NCBI GenBank assembly: GCA_000934665.2
Contig: KZ538285.1
Span: 1-64,000, forward strand
Reading direction: 5' to 3'
Length of the DNA: 64,000 bases
Source: Catajapyx aquilonaris
Taxonomy: Eukaryota
Shown here: one piece after another, positions 1-11,852 of the stretch
Layout of the letters: each line of letters opens with the position of its first letter
Numbering within the stretch: position 1 is the stretch's first letter
The notes under the pieces: model-generated
Told to the model about the DNA's origin: nothing
Databases searched by the model: none
What the model saw: only the letters and a program-made list of their open reading frames with translations
Translations under genes and position numbers: made by a program

Positions 1-116
1 TCAATGAATGATTGCATAGTCAATACATTGAAAAGTATTATATAAAAAATAATAATAATGAAAATATGGCATGGGGTCCTAAAAGACCCCACGTCACAGT
101 TAATGTCACTTTCAGG
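1..116 (-). mobile_element. Partial, decayed copy of the piggyBac-type MITE found at 37272-37554
   Basis: The reverse complement of 1-116 (CCTGAAAGT...CGTGGGGTCTTTTAGGACCCCATGCCATATTTT...TACTTTTCAATGTATTGACTATGCAATCATTC) aligns with ~37290-37405. The terminus is lost and the copy runs off the window start. Confidence 0.8.
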
Positions 117-143
117 CGGCCGAAACAGAACACCTAAGACTAT

Positions 144-464
144 TAGACTTTTTCTCATCATCGAAAAAAAAGTCTTATAGGACGGCTCTGTCTGTCAGTC
201 AGTCAGTCAATCAATCAGTAAATCAGTCCGTCAGTCCGTCAGTCCGTCCGTCTGCGGACAGGTATCAGGGCCTCCTCAACCGCAAAGGTAGCGAAAAACT
301 GGTTTCATATTCGGATTAAGTGTGACGTAAGTAGGTGTCATGGTCAACTTCCGGTAACCCACCACTTCCGGTTTTGCTGGTTCACTCTATCTGCACAAGT
401 CTGTGCTTGAAAGAATGAGAAAAAGTCTACTCTAATCACGCTCACGTGATTTGCCAATATTGTT
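144..464 (+). mobile_element. Helentron-associated non-autonomous element (HINE / DINE-1-like)
   Basis: Perfect 15-bp subterminal inverted repeats TAGACTTTTTCTCAT (144-158) and ATGAGAAAAAGTCTA (415-429). A partial inverted copy AAAAAGTCT lies just inside the 5' end (~167-175), followed by a GTCY/GTCA microsatellite (~189-254) and a 3' hairpin AATCACG-CTCA-CGTGATT (434-451). This is the established DINE-1/HINE layout. The 3' end is approximate. Confidence 0.8.
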
Positions 465-2835
465 CTTAAATTACTGTACTACCAGCTTGGTAAAAGAATC
501 AACAACGATGCATTGGATACCGTCAAACTTACAGACACTGATATAATGAGACCTTCGAATGTGACGTATTATTATTATAATGCAACAGAGGTCCTACGAA
601 ACAGAGACTAGCCAGATCAGGTTTGTTAAGGACTTCCACAAAAATGACGGAAAATCTGGAAGTTCTTTGAATGAGTGACGGAAGTGAAGGGCGGATTATT
701 ATGAATGAAATGCAATAGTTATAGTCAATACTTAAGACCTTTTACATCGTGGGCGCGGGAAAAATGACTACAATGAAATGAGTTTTTGCATGACCCTATA
801 TTTGGGTAAATAGTTTTTCTTATATGCAGTGCAGTGGTTCGGTTCGCAATAATGCGAAAGAGACAGAATTATAGGCCGTAGAATCATCAATATATAAAAC
901 TCTGGATTTTTAAATTCATCACCACTTTCTAGTAGCAAGCGCAAAATTAAGTATGCACACGCGTCTTGTGTTCGACGATCTTACGAGTATGCATCCCACG
1001 GAAGAATGTTGGATCAGGTGGAAATGTTTTAAAAAGTACGATAAATGAGAGTGTGTCAATTAGAAAACTTATGCTATAATGAACGCCGTTGGACGTTGTT
1101 AATGATCCAAAAATTTAAATTAGGATGACTAGAAACATCAACATCTTCCTCAGTCTTATCAGTTATTATCAACGACATAAATTCGGTGTCAATCCGACAG
1201 TAGGCCTATCAGGTGACCTATACCATGCTCACAGCGGAGCACTGTACACAGACCATACCACCACGCAGTTGTGCATCATTTGCTTTTCCACATATTCCCG
1301 ACAATTGCTATATAGGCGCGAATCACCAAGAGCAGCAGCTGTAAATGCATCACCATTATTAAACACTCTGGGGCATGTAGGGCTTCCCGTTGGCCAGAGA
1401 AATCTCTGGCTGTGCATCGGAGCGGCGCGGCGTCTCTCGGGCGTCCATTATAAAGTTCTCTTCTAATTGCCAATTTATCAATTATCGTCCGATTAGAAGC
1501 ATTCCGCGACAGGAAGAAGCTCTGGACATTTTTCTTTGAAAGAAGGCTATACATGATCCGATGGCTAATAGAGAAAATGTCCGCATAATCTGATTGCATG
1601 TGCTGATACTACGTGTAACATATTCTCACTGCACCATTTGAATAAGTACGGCGACAGGAGTGCAAATGAGCATATATGCACGTTTCTTACTGCAAATACG
1701 TACGTAAGATGACTTTTGCTATATGGAGGTATGTAACTATGTACAGTATATTGCTTACCCGTCACCATCATAAGTGACACTTGGTGTAGTTTTGTATGTG
1801 TGGCAAGTACTGCACGTAGCTAGTTTACCTGTCACTATGACTATCCGAGTTTGGAGCAGCAGTATATAAGGCACACAACCTGTGTGCTGTGGCTTGCATA
1901 GTTGCATAGCGGCTTTGTATAATAGTACTGCATAAGCGCACAAAGTGAAATATTGTATTCGAGTTCAGTTTCATATTTAATGCACCAAAGCTCATTTTCA
2001 TTTACATAATAGCATACTTGCAGACCTGTTTTGTCTCTGAGCATACACATTTTAGCTCACGTATGAATATTGGAAAGGATGATGACATCAGACCGAACTC
2101 TTAAATTCTGTTTATTGTATAATTATTGTCGCTATTTTCGTCAATATGCAGGTGAAAGTAACTTCTCCACTTTACAGGTTACGGATGTTACAACTCGGTT
2201 ATATAGTAGGCTTCTTCTAGCGGACGGCTGTTTCAAAATTTCGACCCCATTTACATTTGGCGTGTAGGCTGTACGTGTGAATAGGTCATTAAAACGCAGG
2301 TCAGCATAAAGTTAGAATCAATCTTCTATATTTTTTCTGTTATGCTTAGCTGGGTTATACTCTTCAGGACATTTTCAGTCAGTCTTTTAACAATTCCTGA
2401 AATGCACCAATTTGTGACCACATGACCTTAATTTTGCAAGGTTTCCATTCATAATGAATGCCGTCTGACCTGCGTTTCTCTTCGCCAGACGGGCAAAACC
2501 CTTACTTTGGATAATACTACTCCAGAAGCTAGTTCCCAAAATGCTTCAATCACAACTGGAGAAAGCCTGCATTATGCACAGCCCGACTTCCATAATGCAG
2601 TGGGGATCAGCGCACTTATATCGCCTTTTGTTTTTTCAGCCTTCCTATCTCAACCGGCCAGTCGGGAAGGGGCTTCGAGATCTCCTTTTTGGCTTTCCGC
2701 AAGCCTAATAGGATGGCACTATAAAACAATAGTCATTTCACGGCACAACAACTGTGCAAGCCAACGCTGCCGGCTGCCCACAATGTAATCATCCTGCGTA
2801 TTAGCACCCTGCAAAATATTGACACTGCCCCTTCT

Positions 2836-2836
<1 letters not shown>

Positions 2837-2877
<41 letters not shown>
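2837..2877. repeat. (CT)n microsatellite
   Basis: Uninterrupted CT run. Confidence 0.97.
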
Positions 2878-2881
<4 letters not shown>

Positions 2882-5800
2882 ATCCCCATTCGTACAAAGG
2901 CATTATATTATTTATACAGGAACTGTATGGATTTGCAAGAGCTATTCTCCCTTCCCCCTTGTCCGCCTTTTTTTTGTACTTCCATTTCCTGGATGTATCT
3001 GCCAATTATTCCCTCTGTACAGCTATCTTGCAGAGAATAAGATAGTACCTTTTAGTGTCGCTAAAATTAACTCCTTAGATTGGATGTTACAATGTGCGGG
3101 GATAATGACAACTTGATACTGGTACCTGTAGACAGTATAAGGGCGTGACTAAAGTAATGGGGCTAAGTAGGCCTAAAATGAACAACCAGCTGTAATCGTT
3201 CAATTCAGTTTAAAAATAATGGTGTTTTGGGAGTGTGGGCTACTTCTTTGGCAAAAATATTGAATAGGAACAATTGAAATTACTTTTTGTTGAAATAATC
3301 AAATCTGCGACTCGGCGAGGCACACAAATTCTAAGTTGTTCCCACTATGACCACGTAATTAAAATTTAAATAAATTTGGCATAATTTAGCCTACATGAGT
3401 ATATGTCGAGGGTGTTCAAAAGTGCTTTCATCAATATAGAGCCTTATAAACTTAGTTCTCCCAAATATACTCATGTACGTATAACGGAGTTCGGTTTATA
3501 AATCTGCAACATTATCGACGCAGGGTTCGGGTGATAGCCTAATACTTTTTAAAACATTGTATAATAGTGGAGTTGTCACTTAGGTACAGAAGCCAAAATT
3601 TAGAAAGAGTGACGTTCTACTATATAACTTAAGCAATGAAACTAACAATTACGGCAAGGTACATACGGGTAGGTAACCAATTTCCATTGTCGGCGTCGTA
3701 CGTTATTATGCTTAAATAAACATCACCCAACAAAAACGCATCTGAACAAAAGTTAAAAATAAATTATATTGAAGATTTTCATATCTGCAAAAGTTTCACA
3801 ATGTTCAGAAATGTGCGACAGCAATTATCATACTTGTTGTTTGTTTTGGTAATTTCAGGACTGTGTAACATACGTATTATACCAAGCACAAAAAATTGCT
3901 ATTATTTCTTTTTCGTATTGAACACAAAGCCTCTGCTCACAACGATATATCAAACTCCGGGGGTATAGCAGTGATAGAATTCGCCAATGCAACAGTACGC
4001 AGCGTAATAATTCCAGAAAACACAAACAGCGGGCCTGTATACACCGCCAGCGATCGACAATTTCATACTGCAATAATGAAGTTGTGTTGTGTGATTCACT
4101 GCATCCAATAACACGTGCAGGGGTGACTCCGGGTCCAGTCGGGGGCTCCAGGATGAAACTGTCCCAACTGACGCCATTTGCCCACCAAAAACGAGTCATA
4201 AAATTTTATACGACGTCACGTATGTTTAACCGGCTTCCCACAAATTACACCGGAACAGAAATTGTCCCATAGATGTATAAATGCAGCTGTCAAGTGGCAC
4301 TGAAAAACGACGCCATTTTTGTTGGGCACGCACAATATTCGTCGTAAGACAAATCATGCGTACACATCAGCATACAATATGAACAGAGTGAATCCAATCC
4401 ACTTGGACATGTCTCCCAAGCACACGTGTACATCCGAAAAGCTCAGGGACCATTCTCAACAATAAGTCCAGTTAGCCCAATTATGGCAGCACAACTAATA
4501 TGACATGCATCCTAATAATACGTACAAGCCAGGACCCGCTGGACAGTCCAGTGGATACAAATGCCCAAAGTTAGAGCCATGTTATAACACAGCATCCCTA
4601 CCCCCCCTCCAACTATACCTCCATGCACAGATTTGGTAGGTAGGGGTGGAAATGGTACAAGCCCCTGAATGCGAGAACGGACGCCCATAATTCCGGTTTC
4701 CCGCCGGCTTTTGTAGCCTCAATGGGAGCATAATTCAGTCCACTTGCCCGCAGCTCCATTTCTCGCTCTTGTCAAGAGAGCAACCCCTTTTCCCTCCCAG
4801 GTTCCCTCCCCCATGCAAAACACACGCGTTACACATCGTTGCCACCTCCCCTCTTGAGATAGCCCTTGTGGTGCATATATTTCCCACGCATGTGCATACA
4901 TGAATTATGCTATGGGGAATGACCTGGTGATGAATCCCCTATTGTTATTCGCCAATGACAGACCAGAGAAGAACATCTCGTTTGCGCTTGACTGCACCTA
5001 ACTATGAGGGCACAGCGCGGCTCGAGCTGGATTCCATTGATTGCGGATCTATGCAAATATGAGCAGTTTACAACGCTGTTATCAGGCCGGCCGGTTATGC
5101 AGTTAAAAAGTGTTGCGTCAATTTGGCGCCAACAAATCGCGATAATTTGGCGGGTACAAGCTGACCCGCAAGAAACATGGCGTTTTAATGTTGGGGAGGG
5201 AGGGGGTGTAGGGGTAAGTACTTGCTGTTTCATGATTAGGTTTATAATTTGACATTAGAAGTAATATATTTTTGTTGTAATTTTCAGGGGTGCATGTTAA
5301 TGCTTCGCCTCTCATATGTTCTCCTGCTACAAGCGAAATGAGCTAATGCGCAGTGTTCATCGCAAAAAATATATACAGTGCAGTTTAATTAGGCCTTGTT
5401 CATGCAGCGTGTCTGCTTCTGTGCCCCTTTCAGAGATATTAAAATGTTATTGTCAAAAAAGCAACACTAACCTGCTTGAACCGGTAAACATCCATTCTCA
5501 CACACTTATAAAAATGTCATTACAAGTTACAACTATAGTGTTGCAAAAGTGCAGCAATATACATGTGAGGTTATGACTATCCAGTATAATCTGACCAAAT
5601 AAAAACAAATCTTGTGATGAAATTCTACTGAACAAAATGAAGTGTTTTATTTACTGCTTTTAACAAATTCACATTTTCTGCGAATATTTTGAAGCACTTT
5701 CTTAGGAGCAGGGTTTTATTCTCCGAAGTCACGTATACCAAGGAGGTATTCAAAACTGCAAAATAATCTATCTTTTAAAAAACAGTTTTCGGGACGTTTT

Positions 5801-6708
5801 CCTATATGACATCTTCAGTAATTAGACGACTCTTGAAATATGTTTTCCAAATGCTCTGTATAGCGGTGTTTGTCCAACCTCAGTTTCTGTGAAACTTCGG
5901 TTTCCACAGCATTAGTTTTTAGAAAATAATACGGATAATTCTCTCTCTCTCTCTCTTCATGGTATACTGTACACTTGTACAGTACTGTACACGGTACCTG
6001 TATAACTTACTTCTCAATGTTCTCATAGTTAATTGCATTCGTTTTATCATCCTAAGCGTAGCATGTGACTGGTACAATGACGGTTAACTAAACAGATTTG
6101 TTATCAGCGTATCACAAATGGGGTAAATACGCGAGTATAAATAATTGAAACAATTGAGTGGATTTGCCACTTTTTAAAACCATCCTTCAACGATAGTTTT
6201 ACTTTTTTAGTTATTAATTTTTTACGCTAAGGCCTACGCCCTTATATGGGAGCTCTCTCACAACATACACGAGCTTCTAAAAGTACGAAATAGTAGTTTC
6301 ATATTATTCGCACAAAAAAACAACCATGGTCAGACCCAGTGCGGTTAAAGCTTGCAGGGGGTTCCTTGAATTTGTAATGTGTCTAAGGTCAATATCATGC
6401 AGTGTCGTAAAAATTTAACCACTCGAATATACACTGATATGGGCTAAGGCAAACATTCTAGTCTCTGAATTACATACTTTTCTATGGCACATAATAACTC
6501 TGTTTCGAAATAACTGTGATTCCATGTCATTAAGGGATGTCCTAGCCTGACAGAAATTTCTAGAGTCAACGTTTGTTCTGGACCGTGATATTAATCCTAA
6601 TGCATGCAAAGGTCATTCTCCTGGCAATAATATTCACTCTCCGGGAATTTTCGGTGCCAGGAGTTAGAGAGACTCGAGGGAGATAGTCGTCAATGTCTGA
6701 CGTCAATA

Positions 6709-6757
6709 CCGACTCCGATTGGCTGGAGTTGGCTCTACTCCAGCCAATCGGAGTCGG
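6709..6757. repeat. Perfect 21-bp inverted repeat with 7-nt loop
   Basis: CCGACTCCGATTGGCTGGAGT-TGGCTCT-ACTCCAGCCAATCGGAGTCGG. Confidence 0.9.
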
Positions 6758-7303
6758 CCATGGCAGTTCCGTGAAGAACCGAGTGATTCGAATCACGGTC
6801 CAAATGGTGTTTGCTGAGGGGGTTGTTTGTACTAGGATGAATTGAGGGCGTTTGGTAGTTATTTAAGGAAACTAATTCCTAAATGGAAAATATAGGCTAC
6901 GGTCACCCGCCTGTAGACTTGACTTTTGCAGGTAAAGTGAACCCGGAAAACTGGAAGTGGCAGTTTAACGGAAGTGGACCAAGAAACCTATTTTCGCATG
7001 CTGCATCCGAATCCTAAAACCGTTGTTGAATATTTGTTGAATATTATTGCCCGAGGAACTTGCGTCGCATATTGTTCACAAAAAGTATTATTGAGTAAAA
7101 TAAATGCTGCTTGCACAATGTGTGGCAACACTACAAATGAAACATTACACTGTGCAATCATGCTTGCGCGCACAGTTAAAATTTTAACAAAATTATCGTT
7201 CTTGAACAAGATGCCATAGGTCTATGCAAGATGCGACTCAGAAAATTGGCCATAATCAACTAGTTTTTGTGATTTTGATGAGAATTGATGAGAATTGTGA
7301 TGA

Positions 7304-7333
7304 GAATTTGTGATAATTAATTATCACAAATTC
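7304..7333. repeat. Perfect 30-bp palindrome preceded by short TGATGAGAAT repeats
   Basis: GAATTTGTGATAATT|AATTATCACAAATTC. TGATGAGAAT occurs 3 times at ~7276-7307. Confidence 0.85.
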
Positions 7334-8869
7334 GCGACTTTTGAGCACATGTTTTCACTACTTGGGGGACAGATATTTCAAAACTGAGTTTCACTTTTTG
7401 ATCTAATATTATGAGGAACAACGCCCAATAAAAATTATTCCGGTTAACTGCAAAATCAATCCTGGAAGGTTTCAACCACTTTAGAATATGAAGAGTTAGT
7501 TCCCCTTATTTTTCCCTTGTTTGTGACCTCATATAGAGTAAGTATGAATTTTTCCAGATTTTTAAAACAAGTTTTAAAATTCATTAATTTTTACTTTTAA
7601 AATGGTAAGTTTTTGGAGAATCACCCATATACAATATGCTTGGAAGCAATTTTGATTACAGTAGCCCATTCATTTCCAGTGAAGCAAATACTGAAAGATA
7701 AACGACCACACACCAAAAAAAAGCAATTCCCAAAGCAGACATTGCTGTCTCCACCACATGATCGTTTGTCAAATTCGCAAGCTGATCTATTCGGCATTGT
7801 TGTAAGGCTGTTGATATGAGACATGCAAGCAAATGGTTTCATTTTCTCCCCCACTCATCCTAACGTGTGACATACGTTCCCCCTCCTCCCTACCATTACA
7901 TCCATTGCAGTTCATATGGTCAGCAACCCGAATCGTTATGCAGCAGAAACAGTGTTATAATGCCACCATCGGGGGGAAGGGATCGCCTCGGAAAAGCAAT
8001 AATGGGAACCGTTTGTATCTCCACGCTACATAACCGACCCCTCTTCCTAAATAACTGCCAAGTTAGTAGACTTCATTAGGACATCCTCCTAACCGGGTAG
8101 GGAGAGAGAGAAAAAGAGTTGTTGCAAACCGTGGTCGTAGCCAAATTACGAAGGTGATTTCGTAAATCAGTCAGCAACGAGTTTAAATCAGGACGGAGAG
8201 GAGCGTAAATCAGCAAGGAGATAGAAAGGCGTGAGGGTTCGATCTCTTAAATGAGGGGGCCGGAGTTGGCGGTTTTGGTCTGCTGCGAATTCTCCAGAGG
8301 ACGAGGCTTTCCGATAGAAATGGAAGCAAGAGAGGGAGCAGACCACAAGAAATGAGCACTGGCGCCTTCCTGGGCGTGGGACCACTTCGTTTCAGGATCT
8401 TGCTCCTATACTTGAGCGATAGTGGTCCAGACACCTGCTCAGTACTCAGATCTCATTCTTGCCCAGATTCAGTCGTACCGATTGCAGATGTAGAGTGGAT
8501 TTTTGGGAGGGGTATCGAACTTTTAAATGAGGGTTTCTATTGGCACCCACCATCATTCACAATCGGATTTTTGGGGACCTAAATATTATAATCCTGTGTA
8601 GGAAATTTAAAACGCAACAACCAGCGCTACTTACGCTCGAAATGAACAATAATATAGGTATATTTCTTCATTATAGTCCCAAGTATAGTAGACTACAATA
8701 TAGCAGTATACAGAGTTTCCAAAATTTGGCAACGGGTCCACTACTAGTTCACAATAAATGCTGTAATTATGCTCCACGACAGCATCCAGACACAATCGAA
8801 CGCGACGCTCCATATTATATGGTTCTCCGCAGCATATCCTTATAATACAAGTAGACGTATAGTCCGGAT

Positions 8870-9034
8870 CAGGGGGTAATCACTTCGGTACTCCGGTGTA
8901 CACCTGCAAGTGGTACTCCCAGGTACTCCTTAGCTACTTTACTCTTTGGTACTCCTTGGTACTCCTTAGCTACTTTACTCTTTGGTACTCCTTGGTACTC
9001 CTTGAATTAGGTACTCCAGTGTACACTTTTCAGT
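8870..9034 (+). mobile_element. GGTACTCC-rich MITE copy 1 (right TIR lost, internal 36-bp duplication)
   Basis: Homologous to 39525-39672 and 48445-48590. Duplicated units start at 8922 and 8958. Confidence 0.85.
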
Positions 9035-9813
9035 GGTTCGGATTTGGTGCACTGGTGTTGCTTTCCAAGTCTTCTAAAGTCGAGGCGTATTGTTGTAAAC
9101 TGCACGGGTCTTCAAATTTCTCCTTTCACTGATGTTTGGCAGGTGGAAACTGAATAACCAGTTTCTTGTGAAAAACGTCGTAAGTTAGTGACTTTTTCGG
9201 TGATGACGTGCTTCACCTCTTCGATTTTTTCTTCCGCTAAAGGAGAAAGTCTGCCACCATATTGCTCCAAAAGACCAAAACACACACGTCAGTGCAGCAA
9301 CATATAGGCATACACATAAGTTAGTATGCAGGAGATAAGTTACCATATAAGTTATATGCATATCCAGCAGGTCAGTGCAGCTTTCTTTAGTTTTCATGGG
9401 ATATTGGAACGGAAGACCCACCACTATATGCAAGAGTTCCTCTGTTAACACCATGACACCGGACACAGTGTTATATCTTGCACATTCCGATTGATGATTC
9501 GTTGTTTTTTTTGGACCGGGTGCCATTCATCTTCCCCTGCTTCTTGAACAGTCTATAAAGCAGCAGCATTTGTTTTTTTCAATTCGCGGGTTCCATCATG
9601 CTTCTGATTGCTGATTTCTAGGTCGGGTTTTCATAAAGCAGCACAATTTCTTTTTTTCCATCCAGGGCGACTGTCTCGATGCCTTTGGGCGTCTTCAATA
9701 TGTAGCATCGTGCACAAGTGTGACTTGGGAGTAGGCGGAGGACACTTCATATCATTATGTCGATTACTTCTTATTGATGCAATTGCAATACACATAATAT
9801 CCGAATCTCCAGC

Positions 9814-9907
9814 ATGTCAACTGCTGTCGGACAACTGACCGCAGGTCAACTGGCTGCTGTGCCATTTGGCTACGGGTCAACTGGCTGCAGGTTGTTTGGA
9901 ACACCGA
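9814..9907. repeat. Degenerate ~15-bp tandem units (GGTCAACTGGCTGC), probably one arm of a DNA-transposon relic
   Basis: About 5 imperfect units. No partner arm found. Confidence 0.4.
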
Positions 9908-10043
9908 CAATGTTGCCAAACGGGATTGGCTGGTGTGCATCAAATCGTTCGTAATGTTAAAGAGATCTAAGCAAAATCGCAGCAGATGCTGAATACGCTA
10001 CATTTGGCCAATTATTTTGGGTGCTTCCAAAAATGGGAAATTC

Positions 10044-10399
10044 GGGGAGGTGTGGTGGCCGTGATGGCAACGTCTCGGCTTGCTGAGTGAAAGGCCCCAG
10101 GTTCGATCCCCGCCTGGGGAACCTTCCTTTCACCTGCGTCAGGAGGGTCTCTGACCTGCACCAAGGAGGTGTCTGGCAACCTAGCCTCCTGGGGAACAGC
10201 ACATGACCCAATAGCAAAGGACACTGCACCTTGCACACATGTTCCCTCCCCAAAAATTCCTATCCTTTCCCATTGTCCTTGTCTCTTTGCACCGGTGCGG
10301 TGGTTGAAGAGAAAAATGTACAGAAAACTGATGGTGGTATGCCACCCCCCTATAGCTCCCATAGAGGGACATCACGGGGTAAAAAAAAATAACAATAAT
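10044..10399 (+). mobile_element. tRNA-derived SINE family A, copy 1
   Basis: Pol III A box TGGCCGTGATGG, B box GGTTCGATCCC, A/AAT tail. TSD AAAATGG(G)AAATTC at 10030-10043 and 10400-10412 (one indel). Homologous to 29358-29707. Confidence 0.93.
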
Positions 10400-11659
10400 A
10401 AAATGGAAATTCGCTGGGATCGTTGTATACGAGACCAAGGCGACTCCTTTGTAGGTGGCAGTGTAAATTAGGACTTAAAAGTAAATATTAATGTTTTTAT
10501 AAGCAAAATCCCGAAAATTTTGGATCACACCTCGTATATTGTTTGCAGGCCACGTCCTTATTGTTTGCTCTAGTAATAATAGCTCCAATATTTACGATTG
10601 AAAAAAAACCAATCATTAAACAAAAACTCGATCATTTGCTATAGTTTTCGTACTTCGTCGGCTTCAATACACCAAGACGGACATTAAAACTTTGCATTAT
10701 CTGTTGAAATAATGTCGACAATTTTTGCGCCATGATAAGCTACACCATTGGCTAACTGCATAATGCACGTATCTGAAATGTGTGTGATACGTTATATAAG
10801 TGCATTGAAAAACAGAATTACCCAAATATTATCGATCAGGGAGATACTGTATGAGAATTTCTACCGGTAGCTATTTTTGTCACGACAGCCCGCACATAAG
10901 AAGGTAGAACAACACACATTTGAAACTAGAATTGGAAGCGGCACCTCCCATTATCCTCCAGTAGCAATTCCAGATACTTTGGGGAGAGAGAGGATCTCTC
11001 TCTTTTACTGCTTCTTTCCTATCCAACTTAGCCAAGGTAACGTCTCTCCCGGACGATTAGTTTTGACAGGCGACCCGAAGCCAGCACCATTTCCCAACCA
11101 TTTGTCCGTGACTCCTGCATGGGCCTTGGGTATATAGGTCCCCTCTTGCCGAAAGCCCTCGTTACTAGAATAGGGGCGGGGGACTCCTGAGCTGCCCCTA
11201 CCTGCTAATCTGATTTGTAGCTGTCATCTCTCGCTCTTCTCAAACACGCGTATTTGTTTTCATCGCCGGTCCACGAGGCGTCGGAAGGGTCGCAGACGGA
11301 CCTTTCCAGGAAGGAAGGGCCTAAAGCAAACCCAAGCGACCCCCGCCAGCAATCACAGACATGTCCTCATTTGCCATTCCTGGCAGTTGATGGCACCAAG
11401 GCGTTTCTGGTGTTGGTCTTAGCAGTTGACACTTTGCATGGTCAAGACGCTTGTATACATATGAGCGGAGAAAGGAGCGCCCCATACTAATATAATACTA
11501 TTAATATATCAATAACACGTTAATATGGATATGATATACAGTAAACGGTATATTTTATTTGTAGAGGTGAAGAAGAGGCCAGCTGTGACAACACCCTGAT
11601 CGAAGCTTACGGCAATAAAGAAATAAATGAATGAGTCCAGAAGAGTTGATTTGTTAGTT

Positions 11660-11852
11660 GCTTGAATAGATGAGTGAAAAAAAACATTGGCAATCACCGC
11701 AAAAGGGCACTCTACAGTACGACATGCCCTGGATAGTCTATGAGTGAAGATCTGCCGTTCTTCCATCAAACATCACCTCTGAAAGAGACGCATTATAGGC
11801 CTACAGTATTTCCTGAGAGGGAAACACCCCCATCAGCAACAATTACAAAGGG
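11660..11852 (-). pseudogene. PIF/Harbinger DDE transposase fragment (decayed)
   Basis: The minus strand reads PFVIVADGGVSLSGN-[11-nt insertion]-IMRLFQR*CLMEERQIFTHRLSRACRTVECPFAVIANVFFHSSI. This matches the Harbinger (DDE_Tnp_4) motif PYVxVADEAFPLxxNIMRPY...EERIFNYRLSRARRxVECAFGILAN. It carries a stop and a frameshift. Confidence 0.85.

Noticed and set aside
10044..10120. tRNA genes at SINE heads (also 24652, 25004, 29635-29707, 50300-50373, 54135-54209)
   Set aside because: The cloverleafs are imperfect, and each continues into a shared body, tail and TSD, so they are SINEs.
10878..11490. Solo LTR beginning TGTCACGAC
   Set aside because: The composition is LTR-like and TATATA is present, but no matching CA end with a TSD was found.
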